IMG/VR virus record: IMGVR_UViG_3300012527_000002
Location: 1 to 59,728 of that record
Direction: 5' to 3' (one strand)
Length of the DNA stretch: 59,728 nucleotides
Origin: a virus
Taxonomy: Duplodnaviria; Caudoviricetes
Below, piece by piece: positions 23,210-33,769 of the stretch. The notes below the pieces were generated by a model that saw only the letters and a list, made by a program, of their open reading frames with translations, had not been told where the DNA came from and ran no database searches. The translations under genes were made by a program, and so were the position numbers. The number at the start of each line of letters is the position of its first letter. Position 1 is the stretch's first letter.

Positions 23210-23430
23210 CAATCCGCCTTGGGAACGAACCGATGATCGGTCATGCCGTCGCTCGTCTTTTCGAGCGGGCTGTCAGGGTCGGCCCAGGCGAATTCGTGCC
23301 GGATCGACGTGATCGCGCCCTGGACAGTGAGCGCTTCAGCGCTCATTTCGCCGTGCTGATCGTTCGCCACCGCGAGCGCCTTCTTCAGTGCGAGATAGAG
23401 CGGGTCGTTCTTGTAGGTGGTCTTGGCCAT
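23209..23430 (-). CDS. Small hypothetical protein
   Basis: RBS AAGGAGG. Confidence 0.65.
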   Translation of the reverse strand: MAKTTYKNDPLYLALKKALAVANDQHGEMSAEALTVQGAITSIRHEFAWADPDSPLEKTSDGMTDHRFVPKAD

Positions 23431-23442
23431 TTGGGGCCTCCT

Positions 23443-25017
23443 TTACTGCGCGATGAGATTGCCGTTGGTGAGCGTGTTGACGGTAATGTCGGGCGCGGCG
23501 CCGACGTTCGACGCCAGATAGACGTCCGATCCCCACGCCGCCGCGATGCCATTGTTCGACCCAGCCTTCGAATTCGTGAGGTTGGGCGCGAGCGTGTTGC
23601 CGCGCGAGGCGAAGAACGAGAACGCCTTGGTGGTCGCCTTGCAGTTGTCCGCGGCAAACGTGGCCACGGCGCCAAACTGGATGGAGCCGCCGTCGCATCG
23701 CAGATAGTTGGCGGCGATGACGTTGCCAAAGGTGACGCCTTCGACCACGCCATGCGCGCGGCGTCCGAAATAGATATAGGCGCCCGACCCCAGGTTTGCA
23801 GGCGTGCCCGGCTGGCCGGTGCCGGCAGTCAGCGCTGTCGTGGTGGGGTCGGCATTCCGGCCGTCGATCTTGCCCCACTCGATCCATCCGTCGCCGTAGG
23901 CCGTGATCGCGCCGCTCGCGCCGTCAATATACGGATCCCACAGGTAGCCGCTGCAATCCTCGAGGAACATCGCGTGCACCGTCGGGCCGTAGAAGAACGA
24001 TGTGTTGAGGCGCGAACCCTCGACTTCCCACAGGAAGCGGCAGCGAGTGGCGGATATGACGTATTTGGGCTGAAGCGCGTTGGCCGTTACCTTGGGGGTG
24101 TAACCATAGAATTTGCACGAGGCGGGCTTGTAGAACGTGCAGTCCTCGGCGTAGATCCCCCCGCCGTTGATCTGGTGGTAGAACGCCACCGCCGCGCCGC
24201 CGAAAGTCACCGCGGCGCCGATAACGGTGAGGCCCCACAGCCCGCCGTCGAAGCCGCAATCTGTCAGACTGACGTTCCCGCCAAGCTCTTTACTGCTGTG
24301 CGACCCGCCCCAATTCATCGACGCGCCGTAGCGGGTATGCGATTCGATCAGCAGCCGCTCGGCCTTCAGCCCGCGCGATGGGCTGAAGCCGATGCCGCCG
24401 CTTATGCCGTCGTCGCCGACGAAATAGATATTGGCGTTGAAGCGCGAGAGCAGGAACACCTTGTCTGCCGCGCGCGCCAGCGCGTTCGTCGCATAAGTGT
24501 TCCCCCAACTCGGCAGGAGGTTGGGGTTGGGGACGCCCTGGCCGGCCGCGAACGCGGCCGCGGTGAAGCGGATGCGCTGCATGTCGGGATGGTAGAAGTC
24601 GGCCGTGTCGAGCGCCATTGTGCCAGTCGCGTCGTCCGGCGTGTTCTTCTCGGTGAGGCGAATTTCGAGATCGCCGATGACCCGCAACTGGCGCAGGAAC
24701 GGCATGAGGTAGCGCAGCTTCTTGATCGTGCTGCCGGTCCCGACCGTGATCTGGAAGTTGCCGACGATGATGCCTTGGCGAAAATCGAGCGTGCCTTGCA
24801 CTGTCGACAGGATCCGGCCGTTCGTGAACCGCGCGAGGGTCAGGCTCAACTCACCGGTATAGACCCACGACTTATTCATCAGATTGACGGTGCGGCCCGC
24901 CAGATTTACGTTGTTTATCGGCACGGTGTCGTCGGTCACGCCGTCGCCGGCTCCATCGACGATAAGCTGCGCTAGGCCGCGAATTTCGGGCGTGTCGATC
25001 AGTTGGACGTCAGGCAT
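23443..25017 (-). CDS. Tail spike / beta-helix receptor-binding protein
   Basis: GAGDGVTDDT N-terminal motif of pectin-lyase-like spikes; beta-rich. Confidence 0.72.
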   Translation of the reverse strand: MPDVQLIDTPEIRGLAQLIVDGAGDGVTDDTVPINNVNLAGRTVNLMNKSWVYTGELSLTLARFTNGRILSTVQGTLDFRQGIIVGNFQITVGTGSTIKKLRYLMPFLRQLRVIGDLEIRLTEKNTPDDATGTMALDTADFYHPDMQRIRFTAAAFAAGQGVPNPNLLPSWGNTYATNALARAADKVFLLSRFNANIYFVGDDGISGGIGFSPSRGLKAERLLIESHTRYGASMNWGGSHSSKELGGNVSLTDCGFDGGLWGLTVIGAAVTFGGAAVAFYHQINGGGIYAEDCTFYKPASCKFYGYTPKVTANALQPKYVISATRCRFLWEVEGSRLNTSFFYGPTVHAMFLEDCSGYLWDPYIDGASGAITAYGDGWIEWGKIDGRNADPTTTALTAGTGQPGTPANLGSGAYIYFGRRAHGVVEGVTFGNVIAANYLRCDGGSIQFGAVATFAADNCKATTKAFSFFASRGNTLAPNLTNSKAGSNNGIAAAWGSDVYLASNVGAAPDITVNTLTNGNLIAQ

Positions 25018-25023
25018 TTGAGC

Positions 25024-27777
25024 TTACCCCGATTGAATGGTGACTTGACCATAGGCATAAAGCGTTGTCGCGGTGCCGTCGAAGCGGCGCAGCAACAATC
25101 GCACATCGTAATGCCCGTTGGCTAGGCCAGAGACGCCTTGGGCTAGATTTATCGAACCCTCGATCTCGGTGTAGGCGTCGGCGTCCGTCTCGTAATCGTA
25201 GTTATATTGGTAGCGGCCGCGCTCGTTCGGCTGACTGTAGGAATAGGCATAACTGCCAACATCTTCGGGGTCGACGTCGGTCCAGGTATTTGCGCCTTGC
25301 GGACTGTATTGGAATTTGCCAGCCATAGCGCCGGCGAGATCGGCCTGATAGTGCGAATAACCCAACACGCCGGTCGTGTTGATCGAGCCGTTCGTCACCG
25401 AAATCACAGTCGCCGCGACGGCAGCGCCGTAGCTGGTCGAAGTGACCTCCGGGTTGACGTTGAGCGTGGCCATGGCGACACCGACGGTCGCGCCGGGCGC
25501 GGGTGATGCCGCTACCGGCGGCGCCAGATCCATCGTCACATGAACGATTTTCTCGAGGCGCAGACCGTCTTGCTCCGATATTACGGTGACGGTGCCGGCC
25601 AGGCCCAGCAAATCGGTAATGGTGAAGGCGCCGCGCGTAGGACTGCCGACAGCGCTGTCGATGGTGGCCGAAACCTTGCTCGTGGCGATCGTCCAAACTG
25701 CCGTCGCCGTGGTGTCGATGCCGCCCTTCTCCCGGCGCATCTGGACCGCGCGGGGAAGCTGGCCCGTCAGAACGACGCCTAGCGCGCTCGCCTTGACAAC
25801 CTGGTTAGGCACGTCGTTCATCGTCGGCGTGTTCTGCGCGGTGACGTCGGAGGCTGGCTCGTGCTCGCTTACCCACGGCGACCAGATCGTCCACGCACCT
25901 TCCTTGCCCGCCTGATCGGAATGGCCAACTATGAGCCGCGCGCGATTTGCGCCAGCGGGCGGCACCGCCGAGCCGAGGAAATAGAAGCGGCTGGCGGTGG
26001 TGGGATCGAGCGTGCCTACGACCTCGCGCGAAATGAACAGCGCGTTCTGGTCGAACCAGTCGATCAGGATCTCGAGCGACCAGTCGGGGTGAGGGTAGGC
26101 GCGCGCGATGACCCGGTTCGCACCGCTGTAAACCGGGTTGGCGGCGCTGGAGACGGTGGTGGTGGTGCCGACAAGGCAACTGGCGTCCAGCCGCGCGAAG
26201 ATGCGCTTGCCTTGCTCCACAGCGAAGACGTTCCCGTCGACGCCCTCATAGGAGATGTAGTTTGTCCCGACTTCGACGAACGGGATCTCGAGCGCGTAAC
26301 CGAACGGCGCTTTGTCGAAGGCGAAGACCACTACTGGCGGGAGATAGGTCCAGTAGGCGGGCGAGAACACCACGTCCTTGAGAAGCTGGCCGGGCGCGTT
26401 GCGCGTGGCGCCCGGCTCGACTCCAATGGCCGTCGCATCGAGCGGCGGCGTAAGGTTCTGCCAGGAGGCATTCGATGCCGTCGGCCAGATCGGCAGCACG
26501 GCGCCAGCGGCAGGGAGTGCGCCGATGTAGAGCCAACTGCTCTTGTCCGGGGACCAGACGACATGCCCGGCGCGATAGACCTCGCCGACTTGGTATGCGC
26601 CCCTGTCGACGATGTCGTCGACATAGAGCACGTCCTTCAGATCGATGACGCTCGCCGGCCGACCGACGCGCGCCGCCAGCCGCCAGACCGGCGCCAGCGG
26701 CGAAGCACTCTCCCAATTCGTTACCCGCGGCTGGATCCGGCCGGAACGATCGAGCGTCGCCACCGATGCGCTGGCAACCGCTCGCGTGATCGTCACCTTG
26801 CCCTGGCCGGTCACGAGCGGCGTGGCGTTGGCGGATGCCGCCATGGCCTCGAGCAAATCGCGCACCACGCGCTGCTCGGCAGTCCAGTAAGCGGCCTCAT
26901 AATTCACGGCGACGTCGAGCGCGGCGAACGATGCGGAGTCGATATTGGCGAGCGGCACCCCGGCGTGGTTCTCGAGCACCCGTTCCATGATGCCGCCCAG
27001 CCGGTCTTCGCCGAACGTGGCGTGCACCCCGATTGGCTTCACCGGCGGCGCGCCGAGGCCGACAAGCCCTTGGGCGATGCAGGTGGCCCACCGGCCCGGC
27101 GCGACGACGGCGGTGTCGATCGCCGCCTTCAGCGCGGCATAGGTGGCATAGTCGCCGACGGACGCCCCGCGGTCGTCGAGCCCTTCCATCAACTTCGTGA
27201 CGGCGAGCGTGTTGCCGTAGCCGTCGATCATCCCAATCCACGTCGCCGTGTCGAACCAGACAGGCGGGATGTTGAGGCAATCGCCGAAGCCGGCGGGCTT
27301 TAGCGTGCCGCGCTTGTCGGCCTCGCCGAAGAGCCCACCCGCGCCGGTGAATTCGGCGGTGAGCAAGGGCTTCTCGAGGAACGTCGTGTCGACGGTCGCC
27401 TGGACGCTCAACAGGAGCGTTTCGCGGTCCATGCTAGGCGAGGAAACGATGCCTGCGAAGTCGGGCGTTGTCGGCAGCACAAGGTCCGGGGCCGAGTAGA
27501 GCGTGATCGGCGCGCCTAGCCACTTCCAGTTGGCCATGGCGGCGTTGGCGAACGCGTTGAGGTTGACCGTGAACGAGCACCGGCCCGCCTGCACCCTGCC
27601 GTCGATCTCCGGCGACATGAGTTCGATCGACAGTGTAGGCCGCTGCGCGATTGCCGCCTTCCAGCTTTGCCCGTCGATCGCGAACGCGGCCGGGGTGGCG
27701 GCACTCGCAATCCGCACCGTCTCTCGCAGGCCCGTCAACGGATTGAACGGCTCGAGGATGATGAGGATCGGCGTCAT
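25024..27777 (-). CDS. Central tail hub/tip protein
   Basis: Directly after tape measure; KPAGFGDCLNIPPV; GVEPGAT linker; CBM-like segments. Confidence 0.75.
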   Translation of the reverse strand: MTPILIILEPFNPLTGLRETVRIASAATPAAFAIDGQSWKAAIAQRPTLSIELMSPEIDGRVQAGRCSFTVNLNAFANAAMANWKWLGAPITLYSAPDLVLPTTPDFAGIVSSPSMDRETLLLSVQATVDTTFLEKPLLTAEFTGAGGLFGEADKRGTLKPAGFGDCLNIPPVWFDTATWIGMIDGYGNTLAVTKLMEGLDDRGASVGDYATYAALKAAIDTAVVAPGRWATCIAQGLVGLGAPPVKPIGVHATFGEDRLGGIMERVLENHAGVPLANIDSASFAALDVAVNYEAAYWTAEQRVVRDLLEAMAASANATPLVTGQGKVTITRAVASASVATLDRSGRIQPRVTNWESASPLAPVWRLAARVGRPASVIDLKDVLYVDDIVDRGAYQVGEVYRAGHVVWSPDKSSWLYIGALPAAGAVLPIWPTASNASWQNLTPPLDATAIGVEPGATRNAPGQLLKDVVFSPAYWTYLPPVVVFAFDKAPFGYALEIPFVEVGTNYISYEGVDGNVFAVEQGKRIFARLDASCLVGTTTTVSSAANPVYSGANRVIARAYPHPDWSLEILIDWFDQNALFISREVVGTLDPTTASRFYFLGSAVPPAGANRARLIVGHSDQAGKEGAWTIWSPWVSEHEPASDVTAQNTPTMNDVPNQVVKASALGVVLTGQLPRAVQMRREKGGIDTTATAVWTIATSKVSATIDSAVGSPTRGAFTITDLLGLAGTVTVISEQDGLRLEKIVHVTMDLAPPVAASPAPGATVGVAMATLNVNPEVTSTSYGAAVAATVISVTNGSINTTGVLGYSHYQADLAGAMAGKFQYSPQGANTWTDVDPEDVGSYAYSYSQPNERGRYQYNYDYETDADAYTEIEGSINLAQGVSGLANGHYDVRLLLRRFDGTATTLYAYGQVTIQSG

Positions 27778-27809
27778 TCGGTGCTCCAAAGGCGCCGCGG
27801 GAAGGCGTC

Positions 27810-27837
27810 AGTATAGACTACCCCGGGTTCGCGACAA
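27810..27837 (-). promoter_or_regulatory. Internal sigma70-like promoter before the tail tip genes
   Basis: TTGTCG-N16-TATACT. Confidence 0.45.
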
Positions 27838-27839
27838 CC

Positions 27840-30800
27840 TTACGCGGCCTGGGTGTAAGACTCGCCGACTCGACCGGCACCGAAGCCGGGCAGCGCGGCG
27901 ATCGCGCCGCTGCCGTAGAGCGCGGGAACGTAGCCAGATTCGAAGACGCCGATGAGTTGATCCAGCTTGCCGGCGAGGATGTCGGTCTGGCTTTGCGTCG
28001 CCCCGTTCAACTGGCCGAGCATCGCCGCGACCTGGCTGTCGGTCTGGAACGGCGAGGCGGGCAGGGTTCCGCCCGTCGTCGTGCCGACGTTGTCGCGCGC
28101 CTTGGAAAGCAGCGCGAACAGGCCGTCGAAGTCGGAGAAGAATTGCTGGCCGGATCCAAAAAGCGCGCGGCTGGCTTCCTGAAAGGCGCGCGACGCCGTC
28201 AACAGGTCGTCTTCGCTCACCTTCTTCCCAGCCGCGATGTCGCCGCGGAAGGCATTCAGCTTGTCGGACGCGTTGGCATAGACGGTGCGCTTGTTGAGCG
28301 GCGAAGAGGATCCGCCGGTCATATCGTCGAGGAACGACTGAATCGCCTTGCTGGCCTGCGCCGATGCTTGCGTGATCGCATCGGCGCGCTCGAGCTCGTA
28401 GAGCTTCTGCGCGTCGGCAAACTGCGCCGTGGTGGCGCTCCCTTCCTTCAGATACGAAATCAGCTTCGTGAATTCATCGTTGAGGGTCTGGACCGCAAAC
28501 CGAACCGGATCGGTGCGGGCGAGCAGGCGCTTGGGGATGGACTCGATCGCCAGCGCTTTGTTGAGCGCCTTGGTGAGATCCTGGCCGCTCTTCAGGATCT
28601 TGGCGCTGGCCGCCGACACACCGCCGATAACCATGTCGCTGATCGCATCGCGCAGCGCCGCTTCCTGCGCCTCGGCCTCGGTGCTGAATTTGAGCACGCC
28701 GGAGCCCTTGGTCCGGTTGGCGCCCGTGGGGTCGACGGTAAACTTGTCCTTCCGCTGGCCGATCGAGACCTTCACGCCGGAGATCTGCGCGCCGAGCGCG
28801 TCCGACAGTTGGTTGATCTGGTCGCCGACGGCACCCGCGAGACCGGTGGCGGTTTTCTTGTAGCCGGCGCTGTTGCCCGCGGTGGCGCCGGCGCTGGCCT
28901 GCCCGTCGGACCCGATGGTGACGTTGGCGGACCCGCTCTTCGTCTTCTTCAGAAGGCCGCCGAGCGTGCCGCCGATGATGCCGCCGATGATGGGGCCGAT
29001 AACCGGGATGAACGCCCCCACCGCGCCGCCGATCGTCGCGCCGGCCTTCGACTGCTTCAGGCCGGTGAGCCCGACCACGCTCGAGGCCGTCTGACCAATC
29101 GCAGCGCCGGCGAACGCCTTGCCGACACCCTTGCCGATGCCGCTGAAGAACGATCCCGACTTGAACGTCTTGTCGAGTTGACCGCCGAGCTTTTCGAAGA
29201 TCGTGTTGTAGGCTTGCGTGCCGCTGGGGACCGGGCCGGGGCCGGTGCCGGCGCGGCGCGAAGAGCGAGCGCCGGTGACGGCGATGGGATCGGGATCTTC
29301 GCCCGGGAGCGGCGTGGTGCTCTGGTCGCCCTGCGTGCCCAGCCGCACCGCGGCGGCGGCGACCGAAGACACCGCCCCGGCAATTCCGGCCACGTTGCCG
29401 CCCGAACCGAAGACGGTCTTGGCGACGTTCCCAAGGCTGTTGGCGGTTTCGCTGACACTGGCGACGACCTGGTCGGCGCGCGCGAGCGTCGCCGACGGTG
29501 CAAGACCGCTCGTGCCGCCGCTCGGGCCGGGCACCGCCGCGGTTAGGTTTTGGAACGCGGTCGTGAGTGTTTCGGTCGAGGTTGTCAGATTGTCGTTCGC
29601 CGCGCGCAGCGGGTCGATCGACTCGGCGACCGACTTGACGTGGCTTTCGAGAATATCGGCCGCACGGTCGACGCCCGACGTGCCGTTGACCAGATCGCGC
29701 AGCTTGGCGTCGACACCGCCGAACAGGCTCTCGGTGATCCGGCGCGCTTCGACCCGGACGATGTTGTCCATGATCTGCGCGCCGAATTTCTTGATCGACC
29801 CGATGGGATCCTTGCGGAGCCCCACGAGCATGTCTTCGAACGAATCGCGGGTCTGCTCCGACAGGGCGAGGATCTGCGAGACCCGGCGCTCGCGGCTCTC
29901 GAGAAGATCGTTGATGTCCCGCTGGCGCTCGGCATTCTGAATGAGCGTGGCCAGATCGTCCCTGCTGACTTGGCCAATCTGGTCCTGAAGGCCGAGCGCG
30001 GTTTCGAGGGCATCGGCCTCCAGATCGTAGCCGCCAAGGCGCAGGCGGGAGATCTCGAGCCCGCGTTCCTGCTCGTCGATTGCGTCGCGGATGGGCTTTA
30101 GGACGCCGAATTCGATCGCGGCCTGGTCGGCGGCGGCCATTTCGTCGGTGTAGAGCCGCGTCAACACCTTGCCGTCGGCGCCGCTCATTACCTCGCCGAA
30201 CGCGTCGCGAACCTCCATCGCCTTGCCGATGAGCTGGTCGAGTTCGCGGATGTCGCGCTGGGATTTGTCGATCGCGGTCGGCTGGTCGTCGTAGCGGGCT
30301 AGGATGTCGGTGCGCTTGTCGGTCCGATTCTGCGCCTGCTGGAGTTCGCGTTCGGCCTTGGCGGCCGCGTCGGTGCTCTTCGCTCGTTCGTTGCGCGCGC
30401 CGCCGAGCTTCTTGTCGGCATCGCCCTCTGCGCCGGGCCGGCCCATGACGGTGTCGGCGTTCTCACCGGTGAAATTACCGAACATCCGGCGGCGGGTCTC
30501 GGCCGACCGATCTCCCGACCAGAATTTTTCTTCCGCGCCAGCGCGTGCAGCTTCAACTCCGAGGGCGTTGATGTCGGGAAGCTGGCGGGTAAGCGCATCG
30601 CGCAGGCCGCGGCTGGTTTCATTCAGCCCCTTCAGCTTCCCCATCTGGCGCGCGGCCGCGTCGGTCGACAGCGTGCCCTCGCGGACCTGGTCGCGAATGC
30701 GGATCAGGTTCTTGTCGACGTCGGACTCGCGGTAGACGGTGCCCAGCGTGCTATCGCCGCCGAACGACAGGTTCTTGCGCTTATCGGTATACGCCTTGCG

Positions 30801-32702
30801 CGTGTCCTTGGCCTCGTCGCGGGACTCAAGCATCGCATTGTCGATGAGCGCCTGGTTCTGCGTTAGGAGCTTGCCCGTGGTCTGATCGACAAACCGGGCG
30901 AGGCGGATCTGCGCTTCCGCCATGCGGTCGGCCGAGCCAGCCGCGGCATCCTGCCGGAATGCGAATTCGACCAGCAGCGGGATCGCGAACGCGAGCGCCA
31001 GGCCGAGTGGGTTGATTGCCGCCCACAGGCCGCGGGCGGCATTGCCGAACGTGATCGAGGCGCGCGACGCGGCGAGCGACGCGGTGCGATATGCGCGTGT
31101 CGAGTTGGTAAGAACGCCCATTTGCCCGGTGAGCGACGTGCTGGTCCTACCCAGCCGCGCCTTGGTGGCGCGCAGGTTGTCCGCCGCGACGCGCGCTTCA
31201 TCGAGGGCACCGCGATACAGCGCTGCGCCGCGGGCGTCCGGAGAGTAGCCGCGGCGATTGCTGGTCTCGACATAGGTGAGGGAGCGGCGGGCATTTGCGG
31301 TCTTCTCGGCCAGCACGGCCCGTTCGGCGGCGACCTGTTGCTGGAGTGCGGTGCGCTCGGTCCGCAGCGATACAACGCGATCAGCGGACGCGCGGCGCTG
31401 GGTTGCAGCCGCTTCCTTGGCCGCGGTCGCATTGGCGAGCACCGCCTTGCGCTCGCTGTTCCAGGCGTTGATGTTCGCCGACGTGGTCTGAATGATGCGG
31501 GCGGTCTTGAACCCGGCGTAGGCCAGCGCGAGACTACCGAGCATCTTTACCAGCCCGCCGAGATTTTCGGCCACGAGCACGATCGTAGCGGCAAATGCGC
31601 CGGCGACGCCGCTCGCTTCGTCGATGTCCTTGATGGTCGACAGGAACGCGTTCGAAAGCTGGGTTGTCGACGAAGAAATAGTGGCCGGCAGCTTGGCCAG
31701 TTCGGCATCGATCCGCACCGATTCCTTCTCGAGCGCGTCGGCGATGACCTTGGGAGTGAGCTTGCCTTCCTTGCCGAGCTTCTTCAGCGCGCTCATCGGC
31801 ACGCCCAAGCCGTCGGCGATCGCTTTGGCCAGCCGCAGCGTGCCTTCGCGAACCGACTTCAGTTCGTCGCCGGCCAGCGTGCCGGAGCCGATGCCCTGCG
31901 AAAACTGGTAAAGGCTCGCTTCCTGACTGGCCGCCGCGCCGCCCGACAGCTTGGCCGCCTTGGCCGCGGTCTCGGTGAGCCGGGAGATGCGCTGTTGCGA
32001 CAGCCCCGCCTCGCGGCCCGCCAGCGTCAACCGCGCATAGAGATCGATGACCGGCTCGATCCCCACGCGGGCCTTGTTCGCGATATACTGCGCGTCCTTG
32101 AACGCCGCGTTGACCTGTGCCTGCGTCTCGTAGAGCGGGCGCAGCCGCGACACGAGATCCTGCGCCGTGCCGGCGTAGCGCACGAACGCCGCGGTCGCCG
32201 CGCCGATGCCCACGATTCCCAGCCGCAAGCCGGACAGTTCGCGCACCGCGGTCGCCATTGCCGACAGTCGGCCGGCGATCGGACCGAGCGGCCCCTGCGC
32301 CACGTTCGCCGCGACCGATGCCAGCCGCAAGCTGCGCTCGAGGCGGACGGTGTTGGCCGCGGCCGCGCGCGCGGCATTGCTCTCGAGCAGCATTCCGCCG
32401 GCGGCGCGGCGGGTGGCGGCATCCGCTTGCCGCGATGCGACCGTGGTGCGCTGGAGTGCGGTGGCGCGCGCGCGCTCGGCCGCGGCGAGCATCTGGATCT
32501 GGCTGGTGGTGCCGGTGGTTGGCATGATGCCGCCCGCCAGGTTGCCCGCGCGCTGCGCGGTGTTGGCGACCCGGCGAAGAGATTGTTCGGCCTGGCGCTC
32601 GAGCGTCGACAGGGCGCGCTCATTGCCGGCGCCCGGCTCGATATTCATGTAGGTCGTGAACGTCCGACTGCCGCGCATGAATATCCCTTCCGTCGCGCTC
32701 AT
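27840..32702 (-). CDS. Tape measure protein
   Basis: 1620 aa, Ala-rich helical; QFSQGIGSGTLAGDELKSV tape-measure domain. Confidence 0.92.
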   Translation of the reverse strand: MSATEGIFMRGSRTFTTYMNIEPGAGNERALSTLERQAEQSLRRVANTAQRAGNLAGGIMPTTGTTSQIQMLAAAERARATALQRTTVASRQADAATRRAAGGMLLESNAARAAAANTVRLERSLRLASVAANVAQGPLGPIAGRLSAMATAVRELSGLRLGIVGIGAATAAFVRYAGTAQDLVSRLRPLYETQAQVNAAFKDAQYIANKARVGIEPVIDLYARLTLAGREAGLSQQRISRLTETAAKAAKLSGGAAASQEASLYQFSQGIGSGTLAGDELKSVREGTLRLAKAIADGLGVPMSALKKLGKEGKLTPKVIADALEKESVRIDAELAKLPATISSSTTQLSNAFLSTIKDIDEASGVAGAFAATIVLVAENLGGLVKMLGSLALAYAGFKTARIIQTTSANINAWNSERKAVLANATAAKEAAATQRRASADRVVSLRTERTALQQQVAAERAVLAEKTANARRSLTYVETSNRRGYSPDARGAALYRGALDEARVAADNLRATKARLGRTSTSLTGQMGVLTNSTRAYRTASLAASRASITFGNAARGLWAAINPLGLALAFAIPLLVEFAFRQDAAAGSADRMAEAQIRLARFVDQTTGKLLTQNQALIDNAMLESRDEAKDTRKAYTDKRKNLSFGGDSTLGTVYRESDVDKNLIRIRDQVREGTLSTDAAARQMGKLKGLNETSRGLRDALTRQLPDINALGVEAARAGAEEKFWSGDRSAETRRRMFGNFTGENADTVMGRPGAEGDADKKLGGARNERAKSTDAAAKAERELQQAQNRTDKRTDILARYDDQPTAIDKSQRDIRELDQLIGKAMEVRDAFGEVMSGADGKVLTRLYTDEMAAADQAAIEFGVLKPIRDAIDEQERGLEISRLRLGGYDLEADALETALGLQDQIGQVSRDDLATLIQNAERQRDINDLLESRERRVSQILALSEQTRDSFEDMLVGLRKDPIGSIKKFGAQIMDNIVRVEARRITESLFGGVDAKLRDLVNGTSGVDRAADILESHVKSVAESIDPLRAANDNLTTSTETLTTAFQNLTAAVPGPSGGTSGLAPSATLARADQVVASVSETANSLGNVAKTVFGSGGNVAGIAGAVSSVAAAAVRLGTQGDQSTTPLPGEDPDPIAVTGARSSRRAGTGPGPVPSGTQAYNTIFEKLGGQLDKTFKSGSFFSGIGKGVGKAFAGAAIGQTASSVVGLTGLKQSKAGATIGGAVGAFIPVIGPIIGGIIGGTLGGLLKKTKSGSANVTIGSDGQASAGATAGNSAGYKKTATGLAGAVGDQINQLSDALGAQISGVKVSIGQRKDKFTVDPTGANRTKGSGVLKFSTEAEAQEAALRDAISDMVIGGVSAASAKILKSGQDLTKALNKALAIESIPKRLLARTDPVRFAVQTLNDEFTKLISYLKEGSATTAQFADAQKLYELERADAITQASAQASKAIQSFLDDMTGGSSSPLNKRTVYANASDKLNAFRGDIAAGKKVSEDDLLTASRAFQEASRALFGSGQQFFSDFDGLFALLSKARDNVGTTTGGTLPASPFQTDSQVAAMLGQLNGATQSQTDILAGKLDQLIGVFESGYVPALYGSGAIAALPGFGAGRVGESYTQAA

Positions 32703-32730
32703 CCGGTGGGTGGTCGGCTAGACGCTTACC

Positions 32731-33459
32731 CTATGTCGACGTGCTGTTATAGCCTTCGAGCGTGCGGCGCACGTAGTCGGGCATGCGGTCCGCATAGAAG
32801 TTGATGATCTGGTCCTTGTCGAACCGCTTGGCCCGGCGCGTCTGCTTGATGAGCACGAACACCACGACGTCGCCCTTGGCCACGATCCGGCTTCGCGATC
32901 GACCCGACTTGCCGAGCGCCTTGGCCTGGCCGGACTTCGGCGACAGCGACACGCTTCGCACGGTGAGGATCGCGAGGTCGGACCGGATCTGCTTGAACAC
33001 CAGCCGCCCGATCTTCTGATTGAGCCCGGCGGTCGCCCACAGCGCCGGGGTGAGGCGTCGACGCTTGCCAGCGGCCTGCACGAAGCGCGGTGCCGCTTTG
33101 GTCGGCACGGCCAGCCACGCGCCGTTCTTGGGGCGGATGACCGCGCCTTGCGAATATGCCTCGAGCGCGCCGCCGGCGAGACTGTCGTCACCGCCCCGGG
33201 CAAAAATGACGCCGTATGGATCCCGCCCGGGGTCGGTCTGCCGCTTGCGCTTGGCCGACGTCTGGCCAACCGCGTTCGACAGCCGGCCGAGCCCCACGCT
33301 CCGCATCTTGGCCTGAATGTGCGCCTGCGCCTTCTTCGACGCGAGTTCGGTCACGTCGATCGCGGCCCGGCGGTGATCGCGGTGGATCTTCGCAGCGTCC
33401 GCCCGCATCCCCGCCTTGATGTCGGGGGCGCGGACGGTAAATTTCAGGCCACTAGCCAC
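32731..33459 (-). CDS. Basic tail completion/neck protein (DUF6441-like)
   Basis: GAVIRPKNGAWLAVPT; VVVFVLIKQ. Confidence 0.65.
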   Translation of the reverse strand: MASGLKFTVRAPDIKAGMRADAAKIHRDHRRAAIDVTELASKKAQAHIQAKMRSVGLGRLSNAVGQTSAKRKRQTDPGRDPYGVIFARGGDDSLAGGALEAYSQGAVIRPKNGAWLAVPTKAAPRFVQAAGKRRRLTPALWATAGLNQKIGRLVFKQIRSDLAILTVRSVSLSPKSGQAKALGKSGRSRSRIVAKGDVVVFVLIKQTRRAKRFDKDQIINFYADRMPDYVRRTLEGYNSTST

Positions 33460-33769
33460 CGGTCTCCTGCTCCTGAAAGTAGGCGTCGACGACGTCGAGC
33501 GCCTGGATCAAGCGGGTTGGCGTTCCGACAAGGAATCCGGCGGGATATATCCGCTTTTCTCGGTCTCGCCAGTTGAGCGTGAAGAAGAGGTCGACGATTC
33601 GTCGGTGGTCTCGTCGGACCCGGTCTCGTGGGTTGCTCCAGAATTCGATGTCGAGGGGGTGGTCTCCCCCGCGGACGTCGAATCGCCAGCACTGGAATCC
33701 AAGGCGGCGCTCGGTTCGGGCAAAGGCTCGTCCGTCGGCGCGGTCTCGGGCTGCGATTCGGAGTTTCCC
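33452..33769 (-). CDS. Tail assembly chaperone GT extension via -1 frameshift
   Basis: Slippery G GGA AAC at 33769-33763; -1 frame open (KLRIAARD...DAYFQEQETGG) to TAG at 33452. Confidence 0.75.
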   Translation of the reverse strand, partial: GKLRIAARDRADGRAFARTERRLGFQCWRFDVRGGDHPLDIEFWSNPRDRVRRDHRRIVDLFFTLNWRDREKRIYPAGFLVGTPTRLIQALDVVDAYFQEQETGG

